Shown here: one piece after another, positions 8,876-19,116 of the stretch | Layout: the number at the start of each line of letters is the position of its first letter | Position numbering within the stretch: the stretch's first letter is position 1 | DNA from: an uncultured virus (IMG/VR IMGVR_UViG_3300045596_000200) | Taxonomy: Duplodnaviria > Heunggongvirae > Uroviricota > Caudoviricetes | Length of the DNA stretch: 64,000 nt | Virus record (IMG/VR): IMGVR_UViG_3300045596_000200 | Direction: 5' to 3' (one strand) | Program-made: the position numbers and the translations under genes | Notes under the pieces: model-generated | The model's database searches: none | What the model saw: only the letters and a program-made list of their open reading frames with translations | Told to the model about the DNA's origin: nothing

Positions 8876-9776
8876 ACCCGATAGCCTCCAGGTTCTTCTT
8901 GATCTCCTCCTGCAGGCGATTCGACTCCTCGAAGCACTTGGAGAGCTCGCCGGTTAGCCTTGCCATCTTCTCTTCGAAGGGCTCGCCGTCGTCCTCCTCG
9001 TCGGGGATGCCGACGTAGCGGCCAGGTGTGAGGATGTAGTCTTGTTTGGCGATATCCTCGGTGGTCACGACAGCGGAGAAGCCCTTCTCCTCTTCAAGTG
9101 TGCCTTCGCGGAATGCATCGAATGCCTTGGCCACCTTCTGGATGTCCTCCGCCATAAACTCTCGCAGGGCGCGAGACACCATCGCGCCCATCTCTCGGGC
9201 GTCCACGAAGAGCGTCTTGCCCTTCTGTGGCTTGTCCTTGTCGATAATCCACAGGGATACAGGGATGACCGTGCTGTAGAAGAGCTTGTCAGGCATGGCG
9301 ATGATGCCCTCAATGTAGTCAGCATCCACAATCGCCTTGCGAATCTCGCCCTCGTTGTTCGTCTGCGACGACAGGGAGCCGTTTGCCAGAACCATTCCCA
9401 TGCGCCCATGCTCGTTCAGGTGGTGGATCATATGCTGCATCCACGCGAAGTTCGCGTTGCCCTCGGGCGGGATGCCGAACTCCCAGCGTGGGTCGTCCTG
9501 CAGGCGGTCGCCTCCCCACTCCTTCAGGTTGAACGGCGGGTTCGCCAGGATGAAGTCGAAGCGCTTGTCCTTGTGCAGGTCGTCGAAGAACGTATCGGCG
9601 TTGTGCTCGCCGAGGTCCGCGTCAATGCCGCGTATGGCCAGGTTCATCTTGGCCATCTTCCATGTGGTCGGATTGCTCTCCTGACCGAAGATGGAGATAT
9701 CGCTGATGTTGCCGGCGTGGCTCTCCACGAACTTTGCCGACTGCACGAACATGCCGCCCGAGCCGCAGCACGGGTC
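8865..9776 (-). pseudogene. hsdM: 3' part of the island Type I hsdM, interrupted by the prophage
   Basis: Begins abruptly at DPCCGSGGMF; contains NPPF and LTPGRYVG. Confidence 0.93.
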
Positions 9777-9801
9777 TATTAAGACTCTATCTTTGATACC
9801 A
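9760..9801. other. Left prophage attachment junction (core TC at 9775-9776)
   Basis: hsdM homology ends here; inner arm TATTAAGACTCTATCTTTGATAC is an imperfect inverted copy of the right inner arm. Confidence 0.85.
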
Positions 9802-9976
9802 ACCCCATATGTGTTTCTGGTCCTGAAACGGCTTGATTTCTGGGCTTTCTTCAGTTTCGAACCAGCAGAAAAGGGCGCACTTGCGGCCCTGTGCTGGTAT
9901 AGGTTTGCAGCAGCTGTAGTCAAAAGCGACACCCCCGTTCTGTAATCGTTAAAATGTATGGCTATCGTTCGAAGGT

Positions 9977-12331
9977 TCAGTCGTCGGCTTCGGTATAGCC
10001 GAAGTGTTCTCTGACCTTCTGGTGCGTCATCTTGTCGTTGAGCATATAGGCCACGAGAGGAACGGTCTTCATTCCTTTCTCCCAGTAGGCATCGTTGACA
10101 TCGGTCACGTAACTCTTCCACGCGACCCCGATGAACACCTCCTTGTTGGGATCGAGATTCCGCTTGGCTTCCTCGGATTCCCATGAAGCGTCAGCCACAG
10201 GGGTCGGCGTGCCATTGACCATCACGGTGAAGTTCTTCATCGGCACGGCGGTCGACGTGCATTCGCCAATGCCGACGAAGCCGTTCCCGGCGATGTGGCA
10301 GTAGATGGTGTCGCCGACCTGCACGTTGTAGATCGACTTCCCGCTTCCGCCAAGATTCGCGGACAGGAATCCGTACTTCAGCGCGTCCGGCCAGCTGCGG
10401 TCAGCGTAGCCGACAGTGAATTCACGGCCTTTCTCGTTCTTGAAGAAACCCTTCTCCTCGTCATCGGTCCAGCCGCCCGCGATCTGCTTGATGGCGTCCG
10501 GATTCCAGATGTCACTGGCCATGCGCAGGTAGATCTCCGCCCGGTCGGCGATGCTCTGCTTGCCGAAATCGGTAATGGCCTTGAAACCGTATTCGTCCGC
10601 CACTTCGAGGAACTTCGGGTTGTTCGTGTACGCGGTGCCGTTCAAAGCCTGCGCGAGTATGTTGTCCCCGGCGTATTTCTGGACCTTCTCCGTGTACTTC
10701 ATCGCCTGGTAGCTTCTGTTCTTGTCACGCGTGAGCAGAATCAGGTTCCCGATCTGGTTTCTGGTAGTTTCGAAGTCGTCGTAGTCCGCGAAGCTGTCCT
10801 TGTAGTCCTCGTACTTGTCGGGCAGGATGTGCTCGATATCGTAGGTGTTGCCCTGGCGCTTGCGGTCGACGTATTCCTCGAAGTGCGACGGATTCCCCAT
10901 CTGCACGTTCACGTAGGAGGTGAACCGAGCGAGGATGTGAAGCATGTACCGTCCGGAGAACTGGTTCAGGCTGAACCGGGTGACGCCCTCGACGGTCACG
11001 TCCATGCGCCGCAGGGTGCGTACGTAGACCATCCCCATCGTCTTGCAGTCCTCGTTCCGGATATCAAGCATCATGCGGAACAGCAGGTATTTGTTTGTGT
11101 TCCAGTTGACCTTCTTGAAGTTCATGATCCGGATGGTTGCGAAGTCGTCCACGAACTTGGCGGTCATCTGGATCTTCCGCTTGATGACGTCCTCGGGGTC
11201 GTCGTTCCTGATGGCAGCGATGGCGAGCATGGTCTGGTAGGTCAGATCCCGGTTCGCATTGTATAAGACCTCTTCATAACCTTCGGTGAGCTTGCCGCCA
11301 TATTCCTTCATCCGCAGATAGATGTCGGTCACGCGCGTCATCTCGGTAAGTACGAAATCCTTGTAGTCCTTCGGCTTTACGAGATTCATCGCCGACCGGG
11401 CGTTGTTGCGGACCCATGTGTGGAACTTGTCGCCGAGGAGTTCATAGTCTTCGTCTCTGGCACCGCGCTTGGTGTCACGCATGGTGCTGGCGTACTTAGC
11501 ACGCAGCCAGGCGGAGATGAACTCCACGTCCTGCGTGTTTACCATGCCGCTCGTGTCATAGGAGGAGGCGTTCTTGATGCGGTTGATGTTGTCCTGCCAC
11601 TGGCGGTTGACCGCGATCCGGTCCTGCTCTGCCACCTGCTGGATGATGTATGCCTTCATCATCTCCGCGCTGTTCAGACTCAGACCGCGGTCATTCATGG
11701 TGAGGAATATCGTGTGCGCCTCGTCGTCCGAAGGAGTGTCGATCTCCAGAAGGAGCACCTTCTCGATAAGCCAGTAGATGAAGTACAGAAGCGCCTCTCC
11801 CTTGAGCTCGTCGGGGAACAGGTCCTCGATGTCCTCGTACCGGTCGAGCATGTTCTGGGCGCTCTCGTTCTCCGGCGCACAAGTCTCGTCGCCCTGCAGC
11901 AATGCCTGCATGCACGGGCCGCGGTCCTTCACATCGATGCTGAAGCTCTTCTTGCCGAACGCGTTCGAATAAATCATGTCGTCGAGCGGGACCCGTTCGT
12001 CAGCGTTTTCGATTGTCTCCTTCTGCAGGTTGTTGAGGTAGATCAAAAGCAGTGTCAGCGACGTCAGCCGCTGCTGCCCGTCAATGATCTTCTTGACCGA
12101 ACCTCCCGTGCAGATGATGCACCCCATGTAATAGAAGCCATATCCCATGACTTCCTCGGTCGTGTCATGATCCTCCGGATCGTAATACTCCTCGAAGGTG
12201 CTCTGGAAGTCGGCGATCATCTGCTCGATCTGCTTCTGGCCCCACCGATATTCCCGCTGGAAATAATCCACCGTGTACTTGCGCCCGCTCAGAATCGTCT
12301 TGAGCGTGTCTGTCTTATCGATCTTCTTCAT
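9977..12331 (-). CDS. gmrSD: GmrSD-family (DUF262+DUF1524) type IV restriction nuclease with an extra C-terminal domain
   Basis: FQREYRW, IIDGQQRLTSL, FLTMNDRG; IEHILP...GNLILL...N His-Me finger motif. Confidence 0.85.
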   Translation of the reverse strand: MKKIDKTDTLKTILSGRKYTVDYFQREYRWGQKQIEQMIADFQSTFEEYYDPEDHDTTEEVMGYGFYYMGCIICTGGSVKKIIDGQQRLTSLTLLLIYLNNLQKETIENADERVPLDDMIYSNAFGKKSFSIDVKDRGPCMQALLQGDETCAPENESAQNMLDRYEDIEDLFPDELKGEALLYFIYWLIEKVLLLEIDTPSDDEAHTIFLTMNDRGLSLNSAEMMKAYIIQQVAEQDRIAVNRQWQDNINRIKNASSYDTSGMVNTQDVEFISAWLRAKYASTMRDTKRGARDEDYELLGDKFHTWVRNNARSAMNLVKPKDYKDFVLTEMTRVTDIYLRMKEYGGKLTEGYEEVLYNANRDLTYQTMLAIAAIRNDDPEDVIKRKIQMTAKFVDDFATIRIMNFKKVNWNTNKYLLFRMMLDIRNEDCKTMGMVYVRTLRRMDVTVEGVTRFSLNQFSGRYMLHILARFTSYVNVQMGNPSHFEEYVDRKRQGNTYDIEHILPDKYEDYKDSFADYDDFETTRNQIGNLILLTRDKNRSYQAMKYTEKVQKYAGDNILAQALNGTAYTNNPKFLEVADEYGFKAITDFGKQSIADRAEIYLRMASDIWNPDAIKQIAGGWTDDEEKGFFKNEKGREFTVGYADRSWPDALKYGFLSANLGGSGKSIYNVQVGDTIYCHIAGNGFVGIGECTSTAVPMKNFTVMVNGTPTPVADASWESEEAKRNLDPNKEVFIGVAWKSYVTDVNDAYWEKGMKTVPLVAYMLNDKMTHQKVREHFGYTEADD

Positions 12332-15072
12332 TGCGTTTGTCCCTCGTCAAAATTGCCGGTCTCAAAAATCTCCGGAGAATTCTGCCTGATGTACACAATC
12401 TCGTTACGCACATCGGTATTGCTGCACTGGGCGAGTGCTGGACTCAGTCTCAATTGCCCAGTGCTCCCATCCCGGATAACGAACTCGCCGCGACGCTCCT
12501 TTATGTAGCGTGCCGCTTCTCGCGAGAAGCCGCTCCGCTGCAGCAAGATCGTCAACGGATTCGTTGTTCCGAATTCCACGTATTCGTACCAGTTGTTCCG
12601 GTTGAGTGCTTCGTCACCCTTGATCTTCCGATACTCATTGGAAAACCGCAGGAAGTAGTTCGAGATACTGTAGAGGATGATGTTCTCGATGACCTCGAGC
12701 GTATCAGCGAACACAATATTGTGATGCTCCTGTGATTTCGGGTTATATGTGCCCAGTTGTCCATACTTGTTGATCCAGAACGGATAGGGATTCTTCTTAT
12801 GATAGTCAAGAGCCCTGTCCATGATGTATTTCAGCCCGCCGCCATCCATCCACTGGCAGAGGACTACGGCATACCAGCTGCGGAGTGATGGCTTTCCAAG
12901 CGAGCTGGCCTCATACTCCTCCCAGTTGAATACTTCTGCAAGTTCATCGAGGAACCTGACCACATCAGGATAAGAGGTTTTCCCATTGACAAGCTCAGGA
13001 TAACGCAGCGGATTCTGTTCTCTCCGGATCGCTGCTATCAGATTTCTTGTCTGATCGACCGACGTATTGATGTCGTCATCCGGCTTCACTTCGGCATCCT
13101 TGAAGGTTTCCCGGATGTGCTCCTCGTCGGCAGGTGTCAGGAAGTCGCTGAATTCCCGGCGTACCAGCGTGTCCCGGTCGTGGACGATGTCGCCTTGAAG
13201 GATTGTTGCGAATCGGCGCATCATCTCATAGGATTCCTCGCTTTGGCGAGATATTCCCTTTTCGTTAACTCGTTTCGGGATTTCTGATTTTCCGCTTTTG
13301 AGAATGTCAGCGACGTACTGCTTTTCAACCTTCTTGAGCACATCCGGATCTGTGGCAATGGAAAGCGACTGCTCAGGAATCGTCTGCCCAAGCATCCTCA
13401 CATAGTCGCCTGTTGTGACCTTGCTGTCGCGTTCCGCCACAAAGTACACATTCCCATAGAGGTTGAAGCTGATTCTGCCCACGCGCCCAATAAGGTTACG
13501 GAAATCTATGGTGTTCATCTCTTTTGAGAATATCTTGTTTTCCATGATGAACAGGTTGTCAGCGGGCAGGTTGACGCCCTCAAGCAAAGTGCTTGTGCAG
13601 AACATCACCGTGATGTTTCCGGATTTGAACAGCTCCTCGATCCGCGCCCGTATGGATGCCGGAAGATAACCGATGTGGTAGGCGATGCCATAGCGCACCA
13701 TTTCAGCCAAGTAATACCATTGATGGACTTCGTCCTGGATATCCTTTGCCAAGGATTCGAGAAGTGGGTCATTTCTCGGTCCGTTAGGCTTCACCAGTTC
13801 AAAGAAGGCATGCGCCGCATTTACGGCCTTGTTACGCCCGTTGTAGTAGACGATGCTCTGTTTGCGCCTTTCCTTCGGCAGTCTCTGGTTCTGTGTCTCG
13901 ATTGCCAGCAGGAAGTCATTCACCTCGATGCCGTTCCCGTTGATATTCGCCAACAGTATCCTGCACTGCTCCTCAGGCGCGTGCTCGTTATAAACCTCAA
14001 TTCGCCCTGTCTGCAGATCAACAAGGAACTTGATCTGCACGACCGGCGAATAAGTTATAGTAAGGGCTTCTTCGTCACCGCCCTCCACATTCAGCATCAA
14101 GCGCAGATAGACCTGCGGATTGGGAATATTCGGTGACGCAAAAATGAAGTGTGGTTTCTTCTGGCGGTGAACCAGCTTGTCAACCACCTTGTAATAGAAG
14201 GGTGCTCGGCTGTTTATTCCGGAAAGCTTGTGCGCTTCGTCGATGAACAGGTAGTCCAGGTCGAAGTGAGGTCTCGCTATCAGCAGATACAGAAGCCGCT
14301 CCGGGGTCATGACGAGGATGAAGTTCTGGCTCTCATCCTCCAGAGCAATGTCGCTGGCTGCGGTCACAACGCTGTAATTGCAGCGGGCGAGATAGTTGAT
14401 CCTCTCCGTGTTCTTTTCGCCACCGAGGTCGTCGATGACCTTGGTACGCACTTCGTTTATCAGTGCCTTGGTTGGAACGATCAGCGCATAGTTCTTCTGA
14501 GCGCCATTCATGATTTCGTCCTTGATGAACATCCGCATGATGAAGGATTTCCCCATCGAGGTTGGAGCGGAGTAGCTGAAGCATTCGTCTGTCAGATGGT
14601 CGTAGGCGTTCTTCTGCTCTCCGAAGAAATGCTCGCCGGGCTCCGCAGGAATGGCAAGGTAGTCGCTGCGGAATTGTGCGAAGATCTCCTCCAGCGCATT
14701 CGGCTCTGAATACGTCTTGTTGACCAATTCAAGGCCCTTGTGATTCCCGACGCTCGAGAACACGTTACCTGCGTATGCTTTCACAAGGGCGTCATCCGGG
14801 TAAAGCTCGTTCATCAATATGGCTATTTCCTGCGCCCAGATCTTATGGCTATCGGCTTTCTCCAGATCATTAGATTTTGAGAGAATGTCCGCGAACCGAA
14901 GGATGTCCGCTTTCTCCTTGTCTGTAAACAGCGCGCCTTGCCGGTCTTGATCTATGCTGAAGGCATGCATCCCGTAGCCTTTGAGGAGTCGCGCATACAG
15001 CTTCCCGAGATAATCATTGTTTTCGATCTCGGCGAAGATGGCCGACCCTAGTGTTCTTTTACCAGTGTTCAT
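12328..15072 (-). CDS. hamB: Hachiman-like SF2 (Ski2-type) DEAH helicase
   Basis: APTSMGKS, DEAH, TSTLLEGVNLPA, NLIGRVGR; coupled to a DUF1837-like gene. Confidence 0.8.
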   Translation of the reverse strand: MNTGKRTLGSAIFAEIENNDYLGKLYARLLKGYGMHAFSIDQDRQGALFTDKEKADILRFADILSKSNDLEKADSHKIWAQEIAILMNELYPDDALVKAYAGNVFSSVGNHKGLELVNKTYSEPNALEEIFAQFRSDYLAIPAEPGEHFFGEQKNAYDHLTDECFSYSAPTSMGKSFIMRMFIKDEIMNGAQKNYALIVPTKALINEVRTKVIDDLGGEKNTERINYLARCNYSVVTAASDIALEDESQNFILVMTPERLLYLLIARPHFDLDYLFIDEAHKLSGINSRAPFYYKVVDKLVHRQKKPHFIFASPNIPNPQVYLRLMLNVEGGDEEALTITYSPVVQIKFLVDLQTGRIEVYNEHAPEEQCRILLANINGNGIEVNDFLLAIETQNQRLPKERRKQSIVYYNGRNKAVNAAHAFFELVKPNGPRNDPLLESLAKDIQDEVHQWYYLAEMVRYGIAYHIGYLPASIRARIEELFKSGNITVMFCTSTLLEGVNLPADNLFIMENKIFSKEMNTIDFRNLIGRVGRISFNLYGNVYFVAERDSKVTTGDYVRMLGQTIPEQSLSIATDPDVLKKVEKQYVADILKSGKSEIPKRVNEKGISRQSEESYEMMRRFATILQGDIVHDRDTLVRREFSDFLTPADEEHIRETFKDAEVKPDDDINTSVDQTRNLIAAIRREQNPLRYPELVNGKTSYPDVVRFLDELAEVFNWEEYEASSLGKPSLRSWYAVVLCQWMDGGGLKYIMDRALDYHKKNPYPFWINKYGQLGTYNPKSQEHHNIVFADTLEVIENIILYSISNYFLRFSNEYRKIKGDEALNRNNWYEYVEFGTTNPLTILLQRSGFSREAARYIKERRGEFVIRDGSTGQLRLSPALAQCSNTDVRNEIVYIRQNSPEIFETGNFDEGQTQ

Positions 15073-15998
15073 AGGTCGACATCTCCTTCCATGACATGCT
15101 GCATGATCTCGTTGCTTTCCGTTTCGGCTTGATTGAGCGGCAGGGTGAAGAAATAGAACGAGTGGTTCTGCAGCCCAGCCTCCCTGATCTTTCCGGCGAT
15201 GTAGTCCTCGTGGGCTTTGATATCCCGGATCATTTTCAGGTGCATGCGTTCCCTGAACTGGTCATCGTCGTAGCCGTCGGGGATCAGGCCGAGCGAGTAT
15301 CCGAGGAACACGCCGAACGATGTCCCATATGAGGCGTTCTTGTGCTCCTCTGGGATAACGTAGCTGGTCAACAGTTTCAGATCGTCTTCTTCGTAAAAAC
15401 GGTCCAGTGCCGTTTTTTCGATAAGGAGCAGCTCGCTGTCTTCATGATTCGCGATGCGAGATATTTTCTCGAATGCGATGTCGATGGCGTCCTTGATATC
15501 ACCGGTGACGCTGGAAGCGCCGAAAACCATCTGATCCGACAGCACGTTCCCACCATCTTTGCATAGGAAATGGATTCCGTCCGCTTCGCTCGCATACTGG
15601 GCGGCATCGGTACCGAGTTCGATCTTGCTCAGGAGCTTGTGCGCGTTCAGTTTTTCTTCCATGACGGCGTAAACCATAATTTCGCCAAGCGTCTCGCCAG
15701 CGGCTATATTCCGCGCTTTCGCGCTCTTTCTCATAACCCGAAGCGCCTGCTGCGTCACGGAATCCAGGTTTCCTGCACTACGGAAGTTCTCCTGCTTTGC
15801 CCGTGAGAAAACGTAGCGCCCGATGTTGAGCATGGCGAATTTCTCAAGGTCGGATGATCTGATCTTTCCGTTCCTGACGTTAAGGCAGAATAGGCGCAGA
15901 GAACCGGGGCGAAGCATCCCTGTGATGGTCTCGGAATGCTTCACCTCGGTAAAGTAATCATCGAATGTTTTGTCCTTTACAGTCTTCGATAACTCCAC
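15069..15998 (-). CDS. hamA: Hachiman-like HamA (DUF1837)
   Basis: GETLGEIMVY...KLLSKIEL...DGIH...FGVFLGY...FYFFTLPL pattern; 4-bp overlap with the helicase. Confidence 0.75.
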   Translation of the reverse strand: MELSKTVKDKTFDDYFTEVKHSETITGMLRPGSLRLFCLNVRNGKIRSSDLEKFAMLNIGRYVFSRAKQENFRSAGNLDSVTQQALRVMRKSAKARNIAAGETLGEIMVYAVMEEKLNAHKLLSKIELGTDAAQYASEADGIHFLCKDGGNVLSDQMVFGASSVTGDIKDAIDIAFEKISRIANHEDSELLLIEKTALDRFYEEDDLKLLTSYVIPEEHKNASYGTSFGVFLGYSLGLIPDGYDDDQFRERMHLKMIRDIKAHEDYIAGKIREAGLQNHSFYFFTLPLNQAETESNEIMQHVMEGDVDL

Positions 15999-16029
15999 GC
16001 CATTCGCCTCCTGTCTTCTTCAGCTAACT

Positions 16030-19000
16030 TCAATTCACCGAATCATTCTTCTCTCCATAGGTACTCTTGTCTTCGGCGACCATGTCGTCCGAATACCCGG
16101 TCTGCCGGAAGCGCTGATATTCGGCCACCTTGCCTTTGCTTGCCTGCGTGGCATCGTCCGGAACCTCGTACGGCTTTCCTTCCTTGTTGTACGTCAGGTT
16201 GAACACCATGTTGGTCAGCCACTTCTTGAATGAAGGATTGTCCTGGAATTGCTTGAACAGCTCCATGTTGTCTGACATGATGGCGAAGATGACCTTCTGC
16301 AAGGCACGTTCGCTTTCGGTTCTTGCCTCCTGCTCATCCGAATTACGCATGGCGTTCTGGTACTTCTCATCACGCGACACCATTGCCGGTATCCGCAGGA
16401 TCTGCTTTTGCACATTGTCTGCGTCATTCCACTGGATGTTGCCGAACATGTCATTGAATTCCGAGATGATATGCGACAGCGGATCCATCTCCGGCTCGAC
16501 GACATGACCTGCTTTCCCAGCCGGGACGGGCGCGATCTCCGCGTCCTCGTCTTCAAGCTTGATAGCCACTGCCTCCTGCGCCTCATTTCGATAGCTGTCG
16601 AGGTCGATAGCTGACAGGATTCCCTCAGACAGATCGTCCTCGCGGGGTGACGGGAGCTTCGGGATCAGCAGGTTCAGGAAAATGGACAGCTTCTCCCATT
16701 CCACGTTTCCGTAAGGAAGGATTGAGCCAAGGAAGCCATAGGTCCGCACGAATGACTTCGCCGCGCTCTTGAACTTGATCTGGTCATCCATCTCCAGCTC
16801 GTTGAAAGTGACGACGCACGGGTCAAGCATCGGATCAAGACGGTCCCTTTCAGCGCCACCCAGGAACAGATCGACCACATGCTCCACGTCATCATTGTCA
16901 TAGACCTGGTATTCTTCCATGATGGTTATCAGGTCATAAAGCTTGTTCGGGTCAGTCTCTCCAGACAGAATCGTCGTCCGGTAGAACTTCGAGAACGCTT
17001 CCTCGATCGTCGAGGTCTTGTTGGCGAAGTCCAGCACGTAGACCTCATCCTTGCCCGGGCAGGCCCTGTTCAATCTGGACAATGTCTGTACCGCCGCAAT
17101 ATCGTAGAGCGGCTTGTCCACATACATGGTCTGCAGAAGCGGCTCGTCGAATCCGGTCTGGAACATGTCCGCAACGACAAGCAGCCTGTAAGGATCCTTC
17201 TTGAACTCCTTTGGTATCTTAGCGTCCGGGAAACCATTCATCTCGGCGGAGGTGAGAGCCGGATCCTGCCCGTTGTACTTGCACTCGCCGGAGAAAGCGA
17301 TAATTGCCTTATAGGGGCTATGCCGTTCGGCAAGGCACTTGTTGATGGCATAGTAGGTCTCGATGCAGCGCGGGATGCTAGCAGTCACGGCCATGGCGCG
17401 CGACTTGCCGTTCAGCTTTTTCTTGGCGATGATCTGCTCGTGGAAGTGGTCCACCATCATGGCGGCCTTCTTGGCGATGACGTCAGGATTGCCCTCGACG
17501 AATGAGCGCAGCTTCTTCTGGGCGCGCTTCTTATCGAACATCGGGTCATCCTCGACTTTTTTGGCGATCTTGTACCAGCTGTCGATGGTCGTGTAGTTCC
17601 TCAGCACGTCAAGGATGAAGCCTTCCTGAATCGCCTGCTTCATCGTATAGACGTGGAACGGCCTATGCTTGATGACGCCGTCTTCCTCATACGGTGTACC
17701 GAAAACCTCCTCGGTCTTGTTCTTCGGCGTGGCTGTGAATGCGAAATAGCTCGCGGTCCTCACGAGTTTCCGGCCTTCGACGATGGCGTTGATCTTGTCT
17801 TCGTTATCCATTTCGTTGTCGGAAGCCATGCCGGAAAGCGCGAGATTCATGTTCGCCGAGTTTCGCCCGCTCTGGCCCGAGTGCGCCTCGTCAATAATGA
17901 TGGCAAAATGATTGCTGATGTGTTCCTGGCCGATCTCCTGAGAGATGTACGGGAACTTCTCGACCGTAGTTATGATGATCCGTTTGCCATCCTGGATGGC
18001 CTTTTTCAGATCCCCGGAATCCTTAGCCCATACAACGGTGTTCTTCACCTGCATGAACTGCCTGATGGTATCGCGGATCTGCTTGTCGAGGATCCTACGG
18101 TCGGTCACCACGATAACGGAATCGATCATCGGATGCCCATCTTGCTCCAACCCGATCAGCTGATGCGCCAGCCATGCGATGGAGTTCGACTTTCCGGAAC
18201 CTGCGCTGTGCTGGATAAGGTATCTCTTGCCGACGCCATTCTGTTTCACGTCAGCGAGCAGTTTCTCTACACAGTCGAGCTGATGATAGCGTGGCCAGAT
18301 CTGTTTCACGGTCTTCTTATGCGTGTCCGGATCTTCGTCAGTAATGACCTGCGCGTAGTTTTCGATGATTCTGGAAAGCTTCCATTTGGTCAGGATGTCA
18401 TGCCATAGGTAATCCGTCATGATGCCATTCGGATTCGGAGGATTGCCCGCACCATCGTTATGGCCTTTGTTGAACGGCAGGAACCAACTATCCTTTCCGG
18501 CAAGCTTCGTGCAGAACATAACGGTCTGGTCATCTACAGCGAAATGCACCATGCAGCGCTTGAACGAGAACAGTGTGTCATGCGGGCTGCGGTCTTCCTT
18601 ATACTGTTCGACAGCGTCCGCCGTTGTCTGTCCGGTGAAGTGGTTCTTGAGCTCTATTGTGATGACCGGCAAGCCGTTGATGAACAGGCACAGGTCGAGC
18701 GCGAGCTTTGTCGCGTCCGTAGAATATCTCAGCTGCCGTGTCACACTGAAAATGTTCTTCTTGAACATCTCCCCGGACTCCTCATTGTTCTCGGTTGGCG
18801 TGAAATAGAACATGATGAGGTTAGCCGGGTATGCTTTCACACCATTGCGCAGCACATCGATGATGCCACGCGTGGTAATTTCCCTGGAGAGGCGGTTGAG
18901 AAACTGCCTTTTCTTCTGGTTGCTGCTATTAACCCCCCAGCTTCTCCATTTCCTTCGGCTGAGTGTCATTCAAGAAGCGGAAAAGACGAATTTCGTCTAT

Positions 19001-19114
19001 CGCATACTCCTTGCTGTAGTCATCATTCGTGCCCTGCTCATAGCCGTTCTGTTCTACAAGCCAGTTCACGATAAGGGTCTCGAAGCCTTTCTCAGTTCTG
19101 TCTGTAAAGACCAT
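16030..19114 (-). pseudogene. hsdR: Prophage Type I restriction subunit, frameshifted (+1) in a G6 run at 18933-18938
   Basis: The 61-aa N-terminal ORF and the 979-aa ORF join on deleting one G; INGLPVITIELK, HSAGSGKS, DEAH, FTATP. Confidence 0.88.
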
Positions 19115-19116
19115 GG

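Noticed and set aside
9777..10184. N-terminal extension of the 439-aa ORF as a replacement hsdM start
   Set aside because: The frame is open across the junction but has no HsdM-like sequence, no convincing RBS, and overlaps gmrSD; probably chance
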